A stretch of 20,000 bases of DNA from Chiloscyllium plagiosum (lineage: Eukaryota): the NCBI RefSeq assembly GCF_004010195.1, contig NC_057755.1:8660818-8680817 (forward strand). The letters run 5' to 3'. Positions 9,471 through 19,251 of the stretch are shown piece after piece (position 1 is the stretch's first letter; every line of letters starts with the position of its first letter). Both the position numbers and the translations under genes were made by a program. The notes below the pieces were generated by a model that saw nothing but the letters and a program-made list of their open reading frames with translations, ran no database searches and was not told the origin of the DNA.

Positions 9471-12400
9471 TAATGAATGTTTTCATGTTTTTTTTGGAGG
9501 AAGAGAGATTAGGTAAATAGGGTGACATCCCATATAAAATGGTAATAGCAGTAGGAGTGAAATTTTCGCCAGATACTTGAGATAAGGTGTCAAACGTATC
9601 AGTGCAATATCTACATAAAGAAGGGCAAAGTCAGAACAAATGCATATAATTTGCTGACACCAATCATAGGACGGAGACATCTTCTCAAATACTTTTGCAA
9701 GTGGGGCTTTGGTGTGCTGGGCGTGGTGTAAAATCTTGCATTGAATAAAACAATGTTTTCCATAGGTAGAAGATCTGTGCATTCTTTGCAAAATCACATC
9801 CCTCAAATCACCCGGAATTACATCTTCCACATTTGCCTCCCAGATAGCTTTAATAGAATCAAGAGAATGTGAGCATACTTTATGGATGTTTGAATAAATA
9901 GCAGAAATAGCCCCCTTTAAAGAAGAAAGCGGTTCTACAACGATGTCAACGTCAGAATCATTAGGAAGGGCGGGGAAAACCTGAAATAAGCTATGAACAA
10001 CACTGTGTACTTAGAGGTATCTAAAGAAATGGCTTTTAGGAAGTGAAAACCTATCAACCAATTGCTGAAAACGTGCAAAAACATCATCAACATATACATT
10101 TCAAAGTTTGTATTCCGAACTTGGCCCGACTAAAAAAAGGCACTATCCACGAAATGGGGGGAAAAATGATTTGCTACCAATGGTGCCTTAGTAGAAAATG
10201 ATCGAAAACAAACTGACATCAACATTGAAATCAAATTTTAAGACAGGATAAAACAATTATATTACTCGTGTAAATAGAGGTTGAAGAAAGGAGCGGTGAA
10301 TGCAATAAAGCCTTCAATATTTTGGAAGTGTAGAATTTGCCTCAATAGTCAACCAATTTGGGAAAGCACCAAGGTTCACATTTTGGAACCAATATTTCAA
10401 ATTTCTAATGTTTGCTGCCAAATAAAAAAAAAAACAACATATTCGGCAGTGTAATTCCACCTTGCATTGTTAGCCTCTGCAATAACTGTTTTCGTAACCT
10501 AGGAGATGTTTTTATTCCAAATAAATTCAAGAATGAGGCTATCTAGTTTACGGAAAAAGGAAAGAGGGAGAAGTAAATAAGAAAATTGCAGAAAAATATT
10601 CACTTAATGGAACTAATTCTAGCAGCAACAGACAAATTAAGGAGAGACCATTGTTCGACAATTTGCTCCAGTAATGGTTCAAAATTGTTCCTGTGAAAAT
10701 TAGCTAGTGCATCTGCCACGTGTACACCAAGGGAAACTAACCCAGAGTTGGAAATTTTAAATGGTAAATTATCTAGTGGGTATTCCCTGATAGGCTTGTT
10801 GATAGAAAATATCCCACTTTTGCTATGGTTCAATTAAAACCAGAAATCTGACTGAAAGATTCTGAACTTAAAAGTGCAATGGAATGGAGAGAGATAAGTT
10901 TGAGACAAATAGCAAAAGATCATCTGCACTGAGAGCATTCCTCAACTCCACAACTTTTCTAACAATGCCAGATAAATTAGGATTAGTCCGTAGGGCAATA
11001 GAGAGAGGTTCACTTACAATGGCAAACAGCAGTGGACTCAAAAGGCAACCTTGTCTAGTGGAAAATGAAGCTAGAAATTGTCAAAATTCATATTATTGGT
11101 CCTAACAGAGACCTGTGGTGATGCATTGAGCAGGTTGATTGAAGAAGTAACTATTTCCCTAGAGACAAATTAATCCAAAGTTAAAAAATATTAATTGCAT
11201 TTCACTTTATTAAAGGATTTTTGAGCATCTAAAGATATCCAAGCCTCAGGGAGAGTGGATGTGGAAGAATTGTTAACAATGTTAGCTACCCTTTTTCTCA
11301 GATCAATAAGAAACAATGTCTGTTGTGAATAAATCCTGTTTGATCCAAGGATATGATAGATGAAAGGATGACTTCCAAATATCGGGTCAATAGCTTTGAC
11401 AATAATTTAAAGTCAACACGGAGCAGACTTATAGGACGAGAGGAACCACTTCGTAATGGATCTTTGCTTTTCTGTGAAAGCAAATAAATTGATGCCTGAG
11501 TTAAAGGTGAGGAAAAGATTCAGAGGTAAACACTTCGACAAGCACATCTACCAAAAACAGTGCCAGCCTTTTCCAAAATGTCTGATAAAATTTGGTCCGT
11601 AATCCATTGGGACCAGGATTTTTAACACATTGTAGTGATCTAGCCGCAGCCTCAAGTTATATATCCATGAATGGTTGTCCCTATTACTTTGGCACATTTT
11701 GATCAGTAGTAGGAACATTAATCTTATCAAAAGAGGTCTCAAAATCTGCAGTAGCAGAAGAACATTGAAATGAATAAAGTGAAATGCGCTGCATAAGAAA
11801 TGATCTCACCCCTGATCAATGCCTTCAGGTTTTCCCACAGCAAAGAAACTTTAATGACTGAGCTCTATCAGCTGAGAGAAATGAAAAACAAAATCTTCCT
11901 CTATGAGTAAGCATGCAGAGAGACACCAAGGTGGGCGTGTGTTAAGAAACTTCTGAAAAATGAACATTCATAGAAATTGATGTATGGTCTGATAAAGCAA
12001 TTGAATCCTATTTGCAACCAGAAATGGATTTGAGCAGTCTGTTATCCACCAAGAAAAAAACAATACGAGGAAAAAAGTGTGGTGGACATGCGAGAAAAAA
12101 ATGAATATTCTTTTTTTAGAGGGTTTAAAAAACTCCTCCATAAAAGTCTGCATATTTTTTAGCAGATTTGGATTGGGCACTCGGAACAGAGGAACAATGG
12201 TGTAAGTGAGTTTTCATCCAACAGTTAAAATCTCCTCCCAAGATTACCTCGTGTGTAGATAAATCCAATAACATTGAAAAGAACCGTTTGAATAAATGCC
12301 TAATCATCCGGGTTGGGAGCATAAACGTTAACTAAGATTAGGTCAACATCAAAAATCGGTCCAGTAATAATAATAAATCTGTCAGTAACGTTAGACACAG

Positions 12401-13206
12401 TTTTAGCATGGAAGAAATGAATAGATTTATGTAAAAGAATAACAACCCCTCTAGATCTGCTAGAAAAGAAGGAAGAACACCCTTGTCCAATCCAACCTTG
12501 ATTCAACTTAAGAATGTCTATATTTTTCAAGTGGTTTCCTGTGAATAAGTTAAATAGGCATCAAGTTGTCGCAAATAATTTGAAATCTTACTGAATTTAA
12601 TTGGATTGTTTATGTCTTTGCAATTCAGGCTGGCAAATTTGATGTCCCACCTATTAAGTGTGGTGAAGCACTAAACTGTATCATCTGCTATAATCACATA
12701 TAAACTCCCAGATGTTAAATAATTAACAAATGTAAAGATTGTAAAAATGAGGTTTGGCTCCCAACCCTAACAAAACAAAACAAACTACACCCCCCCCCCC
12801 CCCCCACCACACACACACGAGAAATTACTTTCAAAGTAGGGGATAGCATGAACCAGAAAATAGAAAAAAAAACTGTTGTATATTGTCGCTCCATCAAACT
12901 GCGCGACGACCTTGTGGACTTTAGAAGTTATCTGTACAAAAACTGCAAAACAGAAATGAGTAAAAACGTAAGTATAGTAACAACATATACTATCCATTGT
13001 TAAAACAATTGAACTCTACAATCTTTGGTACTAATAGCGCAACACTTTAACAAAATAAAATCTTGAGTAAGAAAACATGGGTATTTCTTGGCAATTGAAG
13101 TTCTTGGCAAAAGATGAATACCAAATCCAAGTCCAGAAATCACAGCATGCCATCCACCTTCATCAACACAATGGGAAATATAGAATTTCTCCACGGTAGC
13201 ATAAAG

Positions 13207-14132
13207 CTAATGGCTAATATGCCTGTTAGGTCCAACCATCAATCTGGCACTGGAACCATGATCTTTTTGAGGTAGTTTATTCATAAATTCCATAGCCTGA
13301 TGCAAGTCATTAAATCTATGGGTTAAGCCACCCGGCAAGGTAATATGCAGTATTGCTGGAAGGTCAAGGCCAAATTTAATGTGAGGACATGAATATAGCT
13401 CCTTCTTTACCTTGGAAAAAAACGCACGCTGCTTGGTCACAGTTGGGGTGAAATCCGGAAAAAAATGACTGCTCTCTTTCCATTATAAATAAGGGAAGAA
13501 CCATCTTCAGCATGGCGTAGAATATGATTTCTCACTTGAAACTGGTTCACCCTGACGACCACTGGGCAAGGTAACTCGCCATCTTTCAGTTTAGCATGCC
13601 GTATCCAACACAGGTTTAGCCTCGAGACTGAGCAAGTCCTGTAACGGTTGGGCTATATATTCTGTGGGGCGAGGACAGTCCAATCCTTCGGATAAACGCA
13701 CAAGTCAATTTTATTACGCCTGGAGGGGGCCTCCAAGTCATCATATTTCTTAGTCACAGACTCAACCATAGCAGATAACACACTAGAATTAGCTTGGAGG
13801 ATAGCTATCTGATTCTAACGCTCATTTGCCAAGTATTCCAGCTGCAAAATAGTCCCACATTGTGAAGAAACGTCTTCCTCCACCCGCTTCAGAACAAATG
13901 TTATCTCCTTTTAACACGTCCCAGAAATTATATATCCAAACTTGGTGATGATTTCAGCCCTCATACCGTCCATCATGTCCTTAATACTACGTCGCATAGT
14001 TTCATTGCTATTCAGCTTCTCTGGAGACTCGGGCTCAGGCAAATGGCACAGCTGAGCACGATTGGAGTTGAACTGACTTGGGGCTTGTTCAAGAAGTCGC
14101 CTTTTGAAAGGATACAAGTAAAAGCAGGTCAT
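13207..14132 (-). pseudogene. L1 ORF1 remnant
   Basis: KYDDLEAPSRRNKI at ~13710-13750 (conserved DLExxSRRxN motif); C-terminal FPDFTPTVTKQRAFF..KFGL..P..L.IT (ORF 13207-13440 and flank). N-terminal boundary uncertain. Confidence 0.8.
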
Positions 14133-14573
14133 GTTTCAAATAAAAAGGACCAAATCTAAGAAATCAAACTACATGAACTTATTACACTTATGTGGAGTGA
14201 CCCCAAAATATACCCTACATCCTAACTGATGTCAGACTATGCCCTTAAATTGCAGCTTCCAAAGGCAGATGTTAAGTATGATTGTTGAAAGAATGGGAGT
14301 AATTGTGGGTCCAGGCTAATGGCGAGCAACCTTGTGCCTGGGTTCCCCCTCAGCCCTGTCCAGCCCGGTCCAGTACTTGGTAGGCTGAAACTTTGGTCTG
14401 CTCCAGGCTCATGATACAGCACAACACCGAGTACAGCCTTTCCTTCAGCTTGTGCTATATGCTGGCCCTTGCCCCTGCCGCTGCTGCCACTCCACTGCTT
14501 GCGGCTTCTGAGCCTGAACACGATTCAGCTGTCAACTCGGCCTAAACCTGAGACCCCGTTTTTGGAGCTCTAT

Positions 14574-15187
14574 TCAGAGCATTGTGTATTCGACTTGGGA
14601 GGTCATGTTGCAGCTGTACAGGACGTTGGTTAGGCCACTTTTGGAATATTGTGCAATTCTGATCTCCATTCTACCAGAAGGATATTGTGAAACTTGTAAT
14701 GGTTCAGGAAAGATTTACAAGGATGCTGCCAGGGTTGGAGGATTTGAGCGACAGAAAGAGGCTGAATAGGCTGAGGCTGTTTTCCCTGGAGTGTTGCAGG
14801 CTGAGGGTTGACTTCATAGAGGTTTATAGAATCATGAGGGGCATGGATCGCATACATAGATAAAGTTTTCCCCGGTGTGTGGCAGTCCAGAACTAGCGGG
14901 CATAGGTTTAGGGCGAGAGGGGAAAGATATGAATGGGACCTAAGGTGCAACTCGTTTTTGTGCAGAGGGTGGTGCATATATGGTATGAGCTGCCAAAGGA
15001 AGTGATGGAGGCTGGAACAATTAAAACATTACAATCTATCAGGATGGGTAAGTTAATATGAACGGTTTAGAGTGCTATGGGACAAATGCTGGCAAATGGA
15101 CTAGATTAGGCTAGGATATCTGATCACCATGGACAAGTTGGACAATAGGGTCTGTTTCTGTGCTGTACACTTCAGCAACTCTGTGAT
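14574..15187 (+). mobile_element. CR1 right half and 3' end (continuation of 8031-8858)
   Basis: WEVMLQLYRTLVRPLLEYC (ORF 14584-14769) follows the point at which 8858 broke off; CR1 3'UTR 'gggtctgtttctgtgctgtac' at ~15148-15168. Confidence 0.93.
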
Positions 15188-15713
15188 CCCAGGTTGTTTT
15201 GCAAAAGCAAGGCCAGAGACTGAGTTTCATTTATGGAAAAGTACTTTGAATATTACATGTTATAGTCCCAACCGCTAATAATGCCAGACAAATCAAATTA
15301 CTGACGAAAAGCAGTTTTGATGATTTTTTGTTTAATCTTTGTATTTGTTTGCCATGCTAGTCATTCCTTGAACATTTTCACATAATGCTGCAACTATCCT
15401 TTCAGGACAAGAACATTAGCAAGTTTATGAGAAAAATCAAAGATACATATGCATTCAAAATTTGAAAATGTCTCAACATGAAAAACAAAAGCGAGGGATC
15501 AGCTGTTAAACCAGCAATATCCTTTGCAGATACGCAATCTCAGTGAAATATTTTTCTAAATTCAAATCATAATTTTTTTTGCACAACTGATTATTTCCAA
15601 TTTTCTTGGCTGAGAATCGCCTTTCAAATTTTGAGGATACAGCTAATGGAGCCAGAGAAATTCCACAAACTCTTTCAAATTGGAGATCCTGTTGAATCTC
15701 TGAAAATACATCT

Positions 15714-16637
15714 TCAAATAGAGGTCGGATCTGTGTGCTTATTTATACATTCAACAATTCGAGTAAATGGATATTTCACTCCATTGATTAACTCCTCCCT
15801 GAATTTAGTTTGTGTTAGAGCATATATGCAGGTGTTAGTGCATGAATTCAGAAGCCGGAGCATGAATCCAATTTCTTGAAAGACAAATCTTGGATCATCA
15901 AAAGTTTTGTCTTCATAATTATAGTTTATTTCTTGCCAGTTTAAAGACCGTACAACATATGTCATCCACAACAGAATAAAATTAGCAGAAAGTGCAAAGA
16001 GCAACATGATGGATTTTCTCCGGTTTACCACCTCTGGATCAGTGTTATTCGGGCCATTTCCATGGATCTGGAGGCGGCAACGAATGCGGTTGGCTGTTAG
16101 AATATTCCTGACAGTCAGAACATTGAATATCAAGATCAATACAATTGGAAGCAATGGTGTAATTATACTGTCAATCCATTCGTACACTTTCCAGAATAAC
16201 GATGTGTAGTAGTCTGATATTATGATGCAAAGCCACGGTACATTGTCAATAACAACTGAAGGAATAAATACAAAATACCAAGTAATAGAACGCAAACAGC
16301 AGACTGCACTCACAGTTACTATAACCACATATGCAGTTCTCACATGACAATATCTTGCTCTTAATTTCTGGCAACAAATTGCTACAAACCGATCAAATGT
16401 GAAAGCAACTGTAAACCAAACTGAACAGTCCAGGGCTGCAAGGAACATAACAACTCTCAGTGCACACACTGGAGTGATGGATAAGAAAGTAACTGGGAAA
16501 TAAAGATTGTTAATTCGATTCAGTAAGACATTAAGGATGACGAGACATTGCTGTAGACATTGCCAACAAATAGCGAGTGACGCATTTGGAGAGCCCACAG
16601 TTGCCTCGATTCAAGATGACAATTGCCACTAAATTAA
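15714..16637 (-). pseudogene. GPR139/GPR142-like class A GPCR, exon 2 (TM1 end to C-terminus), frameshifted in TM2
   Basis: Acceptor ttatttttctttcag| at 16638; reads NLVAIVILNRGNCGLSKCVTRYLLAMSTA, then shifts frame into LVILNVLLNRIN..DCSVWFTVAFTFDRFVAIC (DRY-like)..P.LPIVLILIFN..RRKS..FILLWM..NSCTNTCIY (NPxxY-like)..KFREE, stop at 15714-15716. Exon length 924 with a phase-1 intron leaves one extra base. Confidence 0.88.
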
Positions 16638-17224
16638 CTGAAAGAAAAATAAAACAAGCGTGCATTTTTTCATGCATAGTGTCAAAGTAAATACATCAGC
16701 ATAATATGCCTGCTAAATCAGACCAATTGCCTCAGATTAATATATTAACTCAATTACAATTAGTGTAAAGTAACAATGGAATTATTGACTCAAGTAAGCC
16801 AGAATGAAATAATAGCTTGCAGTGAAGCAATAAACAAACAGAAGAAATCAATGAAGCTCAAAATATATATCGAATGAATTATTTAAATACAAATCTCTGG
16901 TGCTGACGCTTTCACTGGAATGTTTAATAGATTTTTCATGCTTGTTAAACTGTTCATGGAGAAAAAGAAACAGATTCAAATGGTAATTAGCACAAGGTAT
17001 TCTGCATTAATAGACTCAATCAGGAATTGAGTACATGCTAGCCACGACAATAATTATTTCATGAAATGGACCTGAGAAGGCGGAAAACGGGGTGAAGTTG
17101 TTGGAATGGACTGTCACTAAACCAGTCTATGCTTTCTCATGTATGATAGTCAGAAATCTCCAGGGATTGATAATAAGTGAGGTTGAGCTCAGAGAAGTAT
17201 AGGAATTGGAGCATATGAGAATCA

Positions 17225-17790
17225 TTATGAGCCATGTAAATATTCTTCGAGAAGAGCAAGTCAGAGGCTATGAATCTTTCTGCGAAAAGCTCACCTCCTG
17301 ACTCCTCAAAACCTGTCCCAATACCTACAACGCACAAGTCTGGAGTGTGATTGTACTCTCCCACTTGCCTGGATAGGTGCAACTCCAACAACACTCAAGA
17401 AGGTCAACACCATGCACAGAAACTTTCTCTCTCCACAGAAACTGTCAGATCTGCCGAGTTTCTCCACCAATTCCTTTGTTTATTGCCAATATCCAGCATC
17501 CACACAGTTTGCCTTTATTCTAGGATATGTCATTCAACTTGATTGGCAACACAGCCACAAACCTTCTATGTGACATCCACACTGTCGCTCACTAGCAGCG
17601 AGGTGTATTATCTACAGGACACATTGCAGCAGCTCACCAAGGTTCCTCAGACAGCTCTCTCTCACCCTCACAGCCGTTACTTTCTAGAAGCAGCACATGG
17701 ATGGGTTTGCATCACTTGGAAGTTTCCTTCAAGACACGCACCTTTCTGGCTTGAAAACACATTACAGTTCCTTCTGTGTTGCTGGATCAG
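17225..17790 (+). mobile_element. L2/CR1-group LINE 3' fragment in the GPCR intron, interrupted at ~17416-17519
   Basis: ~17320-17415 translates (with small indels) TYNAQVWSV..YSPLAWIGATPTTLKKVNTM, resuming with LIG at ~17539. Homologous to the minus-strand copy at 2050-2500. Confidence 0.7.
17416..17519 (+). mobile_element. PLE-like terminal repeat fragment (no hammerhead core retained)
   Basis: 'ctctccacagaaactgtcagatctgccgagtttctccaccaatt..ccagcatcc' is similar to 18345-18392 and to the reverse complement of 18250-18306; interrupts the host LINE. Confidence 0.6.
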
Positions 17791-17942
17791 TTAAAAGACA
17801 TTTGGACAGCTATATCCAGAGGAAATGTTTAGGGGGGGTATGGGCTCAATACAGGCAAATGGGACGAGTTCATTTTAGGAAACATGGTCAGCATAGATGA
17901 GTTAGACTGAAGGGTCTTTTTCTATGCTCGATGTTTCAATGT
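17790..17942 (+). mobile_element. Short CR1 3' end
   Basis: ttaaaagacatttggac..ggcaaatggga..ggtcagcatagatgagttagactgaagggtct, matching the CR1 3' ends at 6635-6776 and 15020-15187. Confidence 0.75.
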
Positions 17943-18242
17943 GGGTTGTTCCCACACCAAGTGATTTGCAGTGGTTTCAGAAGGCAGCTCACCACCACCT
18001 CCTGAAGTGTTAATCGGGTGGGGTTTAAATGCTGACTCAGCCTGCTCAGTATAGGAACTAAATTCTCGATAAAATTTTATAAATAAACCTTCTTCAGCAG
18101 ACTGAAGCAAAAAAAAATACAAACGAACTGTTGAACCCACTTTGAAAGCAAAAATTGGAAATAATCAAAGCGAGGGGACGTCGGTCAAATCTCAATTAGA
18201 AAATATGAGGGAGTCGGATTAAATAGGATTTGGACAAACATA

Positions 18243-18395
18243 AAAACCTTAAGAACTGCGGATGCATGTAACTCAGAAACAAAAAAAACAGAAGTTACTG
18301 GAAAAGGTCTGAGGAAGAGTCACCAGACTCAAAATGTTAAATCTGATTTTAATCCCAGTTGTTGTTAAATCTGCTGAGCTTTTCCATCAATAACT
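18243..18395. mobile_element. Inverted pair of PLE-like terminal repeats with a decayed hammerhead (18309-18339, +)
   Basis: agttactggaaaag (18293-18306) is an imperfect inverted repeat of cttttccatcaataact (18379-18395). Between them lies CTGAGGA-A-GAGTC-ACCA-GACTC-AAAA-TG-TTA with a perfect 5-bp stem II. Confidence 0.6.
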
Positions 18396-18398
18396 TAC

Positions 18399-18468
18399 CT
18401 ATAACGCCAACAGCTGCAAGTATTGGATAGTAAATACGTGCTATCTGTAAGATTGATGAATATTCCAT
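18399..18468 (-). pseudogene. GPCR exon 1 (N-terminus and TM1 start)
   Basis: ATG at 18468; MEYSSILQIARIYYPILAAVGVI+G, then a consensus donor G|gtaagt (18398-18393). G+TT of exon 2 gives Val, producing TM1 GVIVN. Intron 16638-18398 (1761 bp, phase 1). Confidence 0.88.
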
Positions 18469-18709
18469 TCTGTCCCAGTCAGGTCTGTCTGTGACAGTGG
18501 AGTCAATGATTCTGTTCGTCATACCACAATAATGTTGTCAACACAGCCTAATTTTATTTGGAACCTAAATGTCCAGTGAGACAATAAATCTGTTTGAATC
18601 ACTAATTACATTAGTTGCAATAATCTGAGCAAGTTGCAAATTAACCTCTATCCTCTGAGGGTTGTTACACCATAGAACGTATTTTGAAGAATAAAATGTC
18701 ACTAATTTC

Positions 18710-18830
18710 TTGAGAATTCGAATTAGATTTTATTGCCATGTGTACTCAGGTGCAGATGTACATGAGTACAGTGAAACGTTCCCAGTGTTACCATCCCCTG
18801 CACCATCTTAGGAACAAGTGCACCTCAGTT
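18710..18830 (-). mobile_element. Rex1-type LINE 3' tail fragment
   Basis: Reverse complement 'tttcactgtac..acacatggcaataaaatctaattc' resembles the tail at ~1100-1140 'tttcattgtgc..cacacgtgacaataaattcaatt'. Confidence 0.5.
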
Positions 18831-19251
18831 CACAAACTTATATGGAAAGTAGAAAAAAAAAGTTAAATGATTAGCTTTGAAATGTTTTTGAAAGACAAAA
18901 CAATGTGCTCCAGTTTGCATAAAGTTATTTTGTACCAGACAGAGTTGTAGCTTTTCCGTCGTTATCGCCTTTTATATGAACATAATACTGGGACAGGTTT
19001 TCCAGTGGGTAGGAATCTCAATGAATTGCTACTCGGGCTCTTTTCTTTCTAATGAAAGAACGGAGCTCTGCACTTCTGAAACGAGCTTCCATTCAGGATT
19101 ACACTCAGGAACATGGAGCTTTAATTCCATCCAGACAAATCTTTCTTGACTCGAACTGTCTTATAATGCATAAAGTAAGTGTTTTTTGACGGTGCTGTAA
19201 GTGTCAGATGGTTAGTGCACAAAGGTGTGTGGAGTGCTGACTGGTGAAGTG

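Larger units (their letters stand above)
9170..12650 (-). pseudogene. L1 ORF2 remnant (APE endonuclease + RT), many stops and frameshifts
   Basis: IKFASLNCKDINNPIK near 12640; SRGVVILL..LVNVYAPN (ORF 12300-12530); VILGGDFNC (ORF 12125-12322); KDP..RPISLLRVDFKLLSK..II..DQTGFI (ORF 11298-11483); TRQGC at ~11044-11058; SADDLLLF (YADD equivalent) at ~10907-10930. Confidence 0.9.
8859..14573 (-). mobile_element. Apparently full-length (~5.7 kb) but decayed L1 retrotransposon with TSD
   Basis: GC-rich 5'UTR ~14573-14300, ORF1 remnants, a long inter-ORF spacer, ORF2 EN and RT remnants, and an A-rich tail (T-rich on +, 8859-8872). Flanked by taagagcatt (8849-8858) and tcagagcatt (14574-14583); the host CR1 resumes collinearly. 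Confidence 0.88.

Noticed and set aside
1..15187. Multiple RT fragments as a retron, DGR or defence system
   Set aside because: All are decayed eukaryotic LINE RTs with stops and frameshifts; no prokaryotic gene organisation.
15185..15230. Resumption of Gypsy integrase (HPG motif) after the CR1 tail
   Set aside because: Only a faint resemblance; cannot be supported without an alignment.
15631..16209. Plus-strand ORFs 15631-15879 and 16006-16209
   Set aside because: Antisense to the GPCR exon with no recognisable motifs.
16547..16598. MGSPNASLAICWQCLQQ as the GPCR N-terminus
   Set aside because: Non-ATG start and off-frame; the conserved CGLSKCVTRYL is in another frame and TM1 would be missing.
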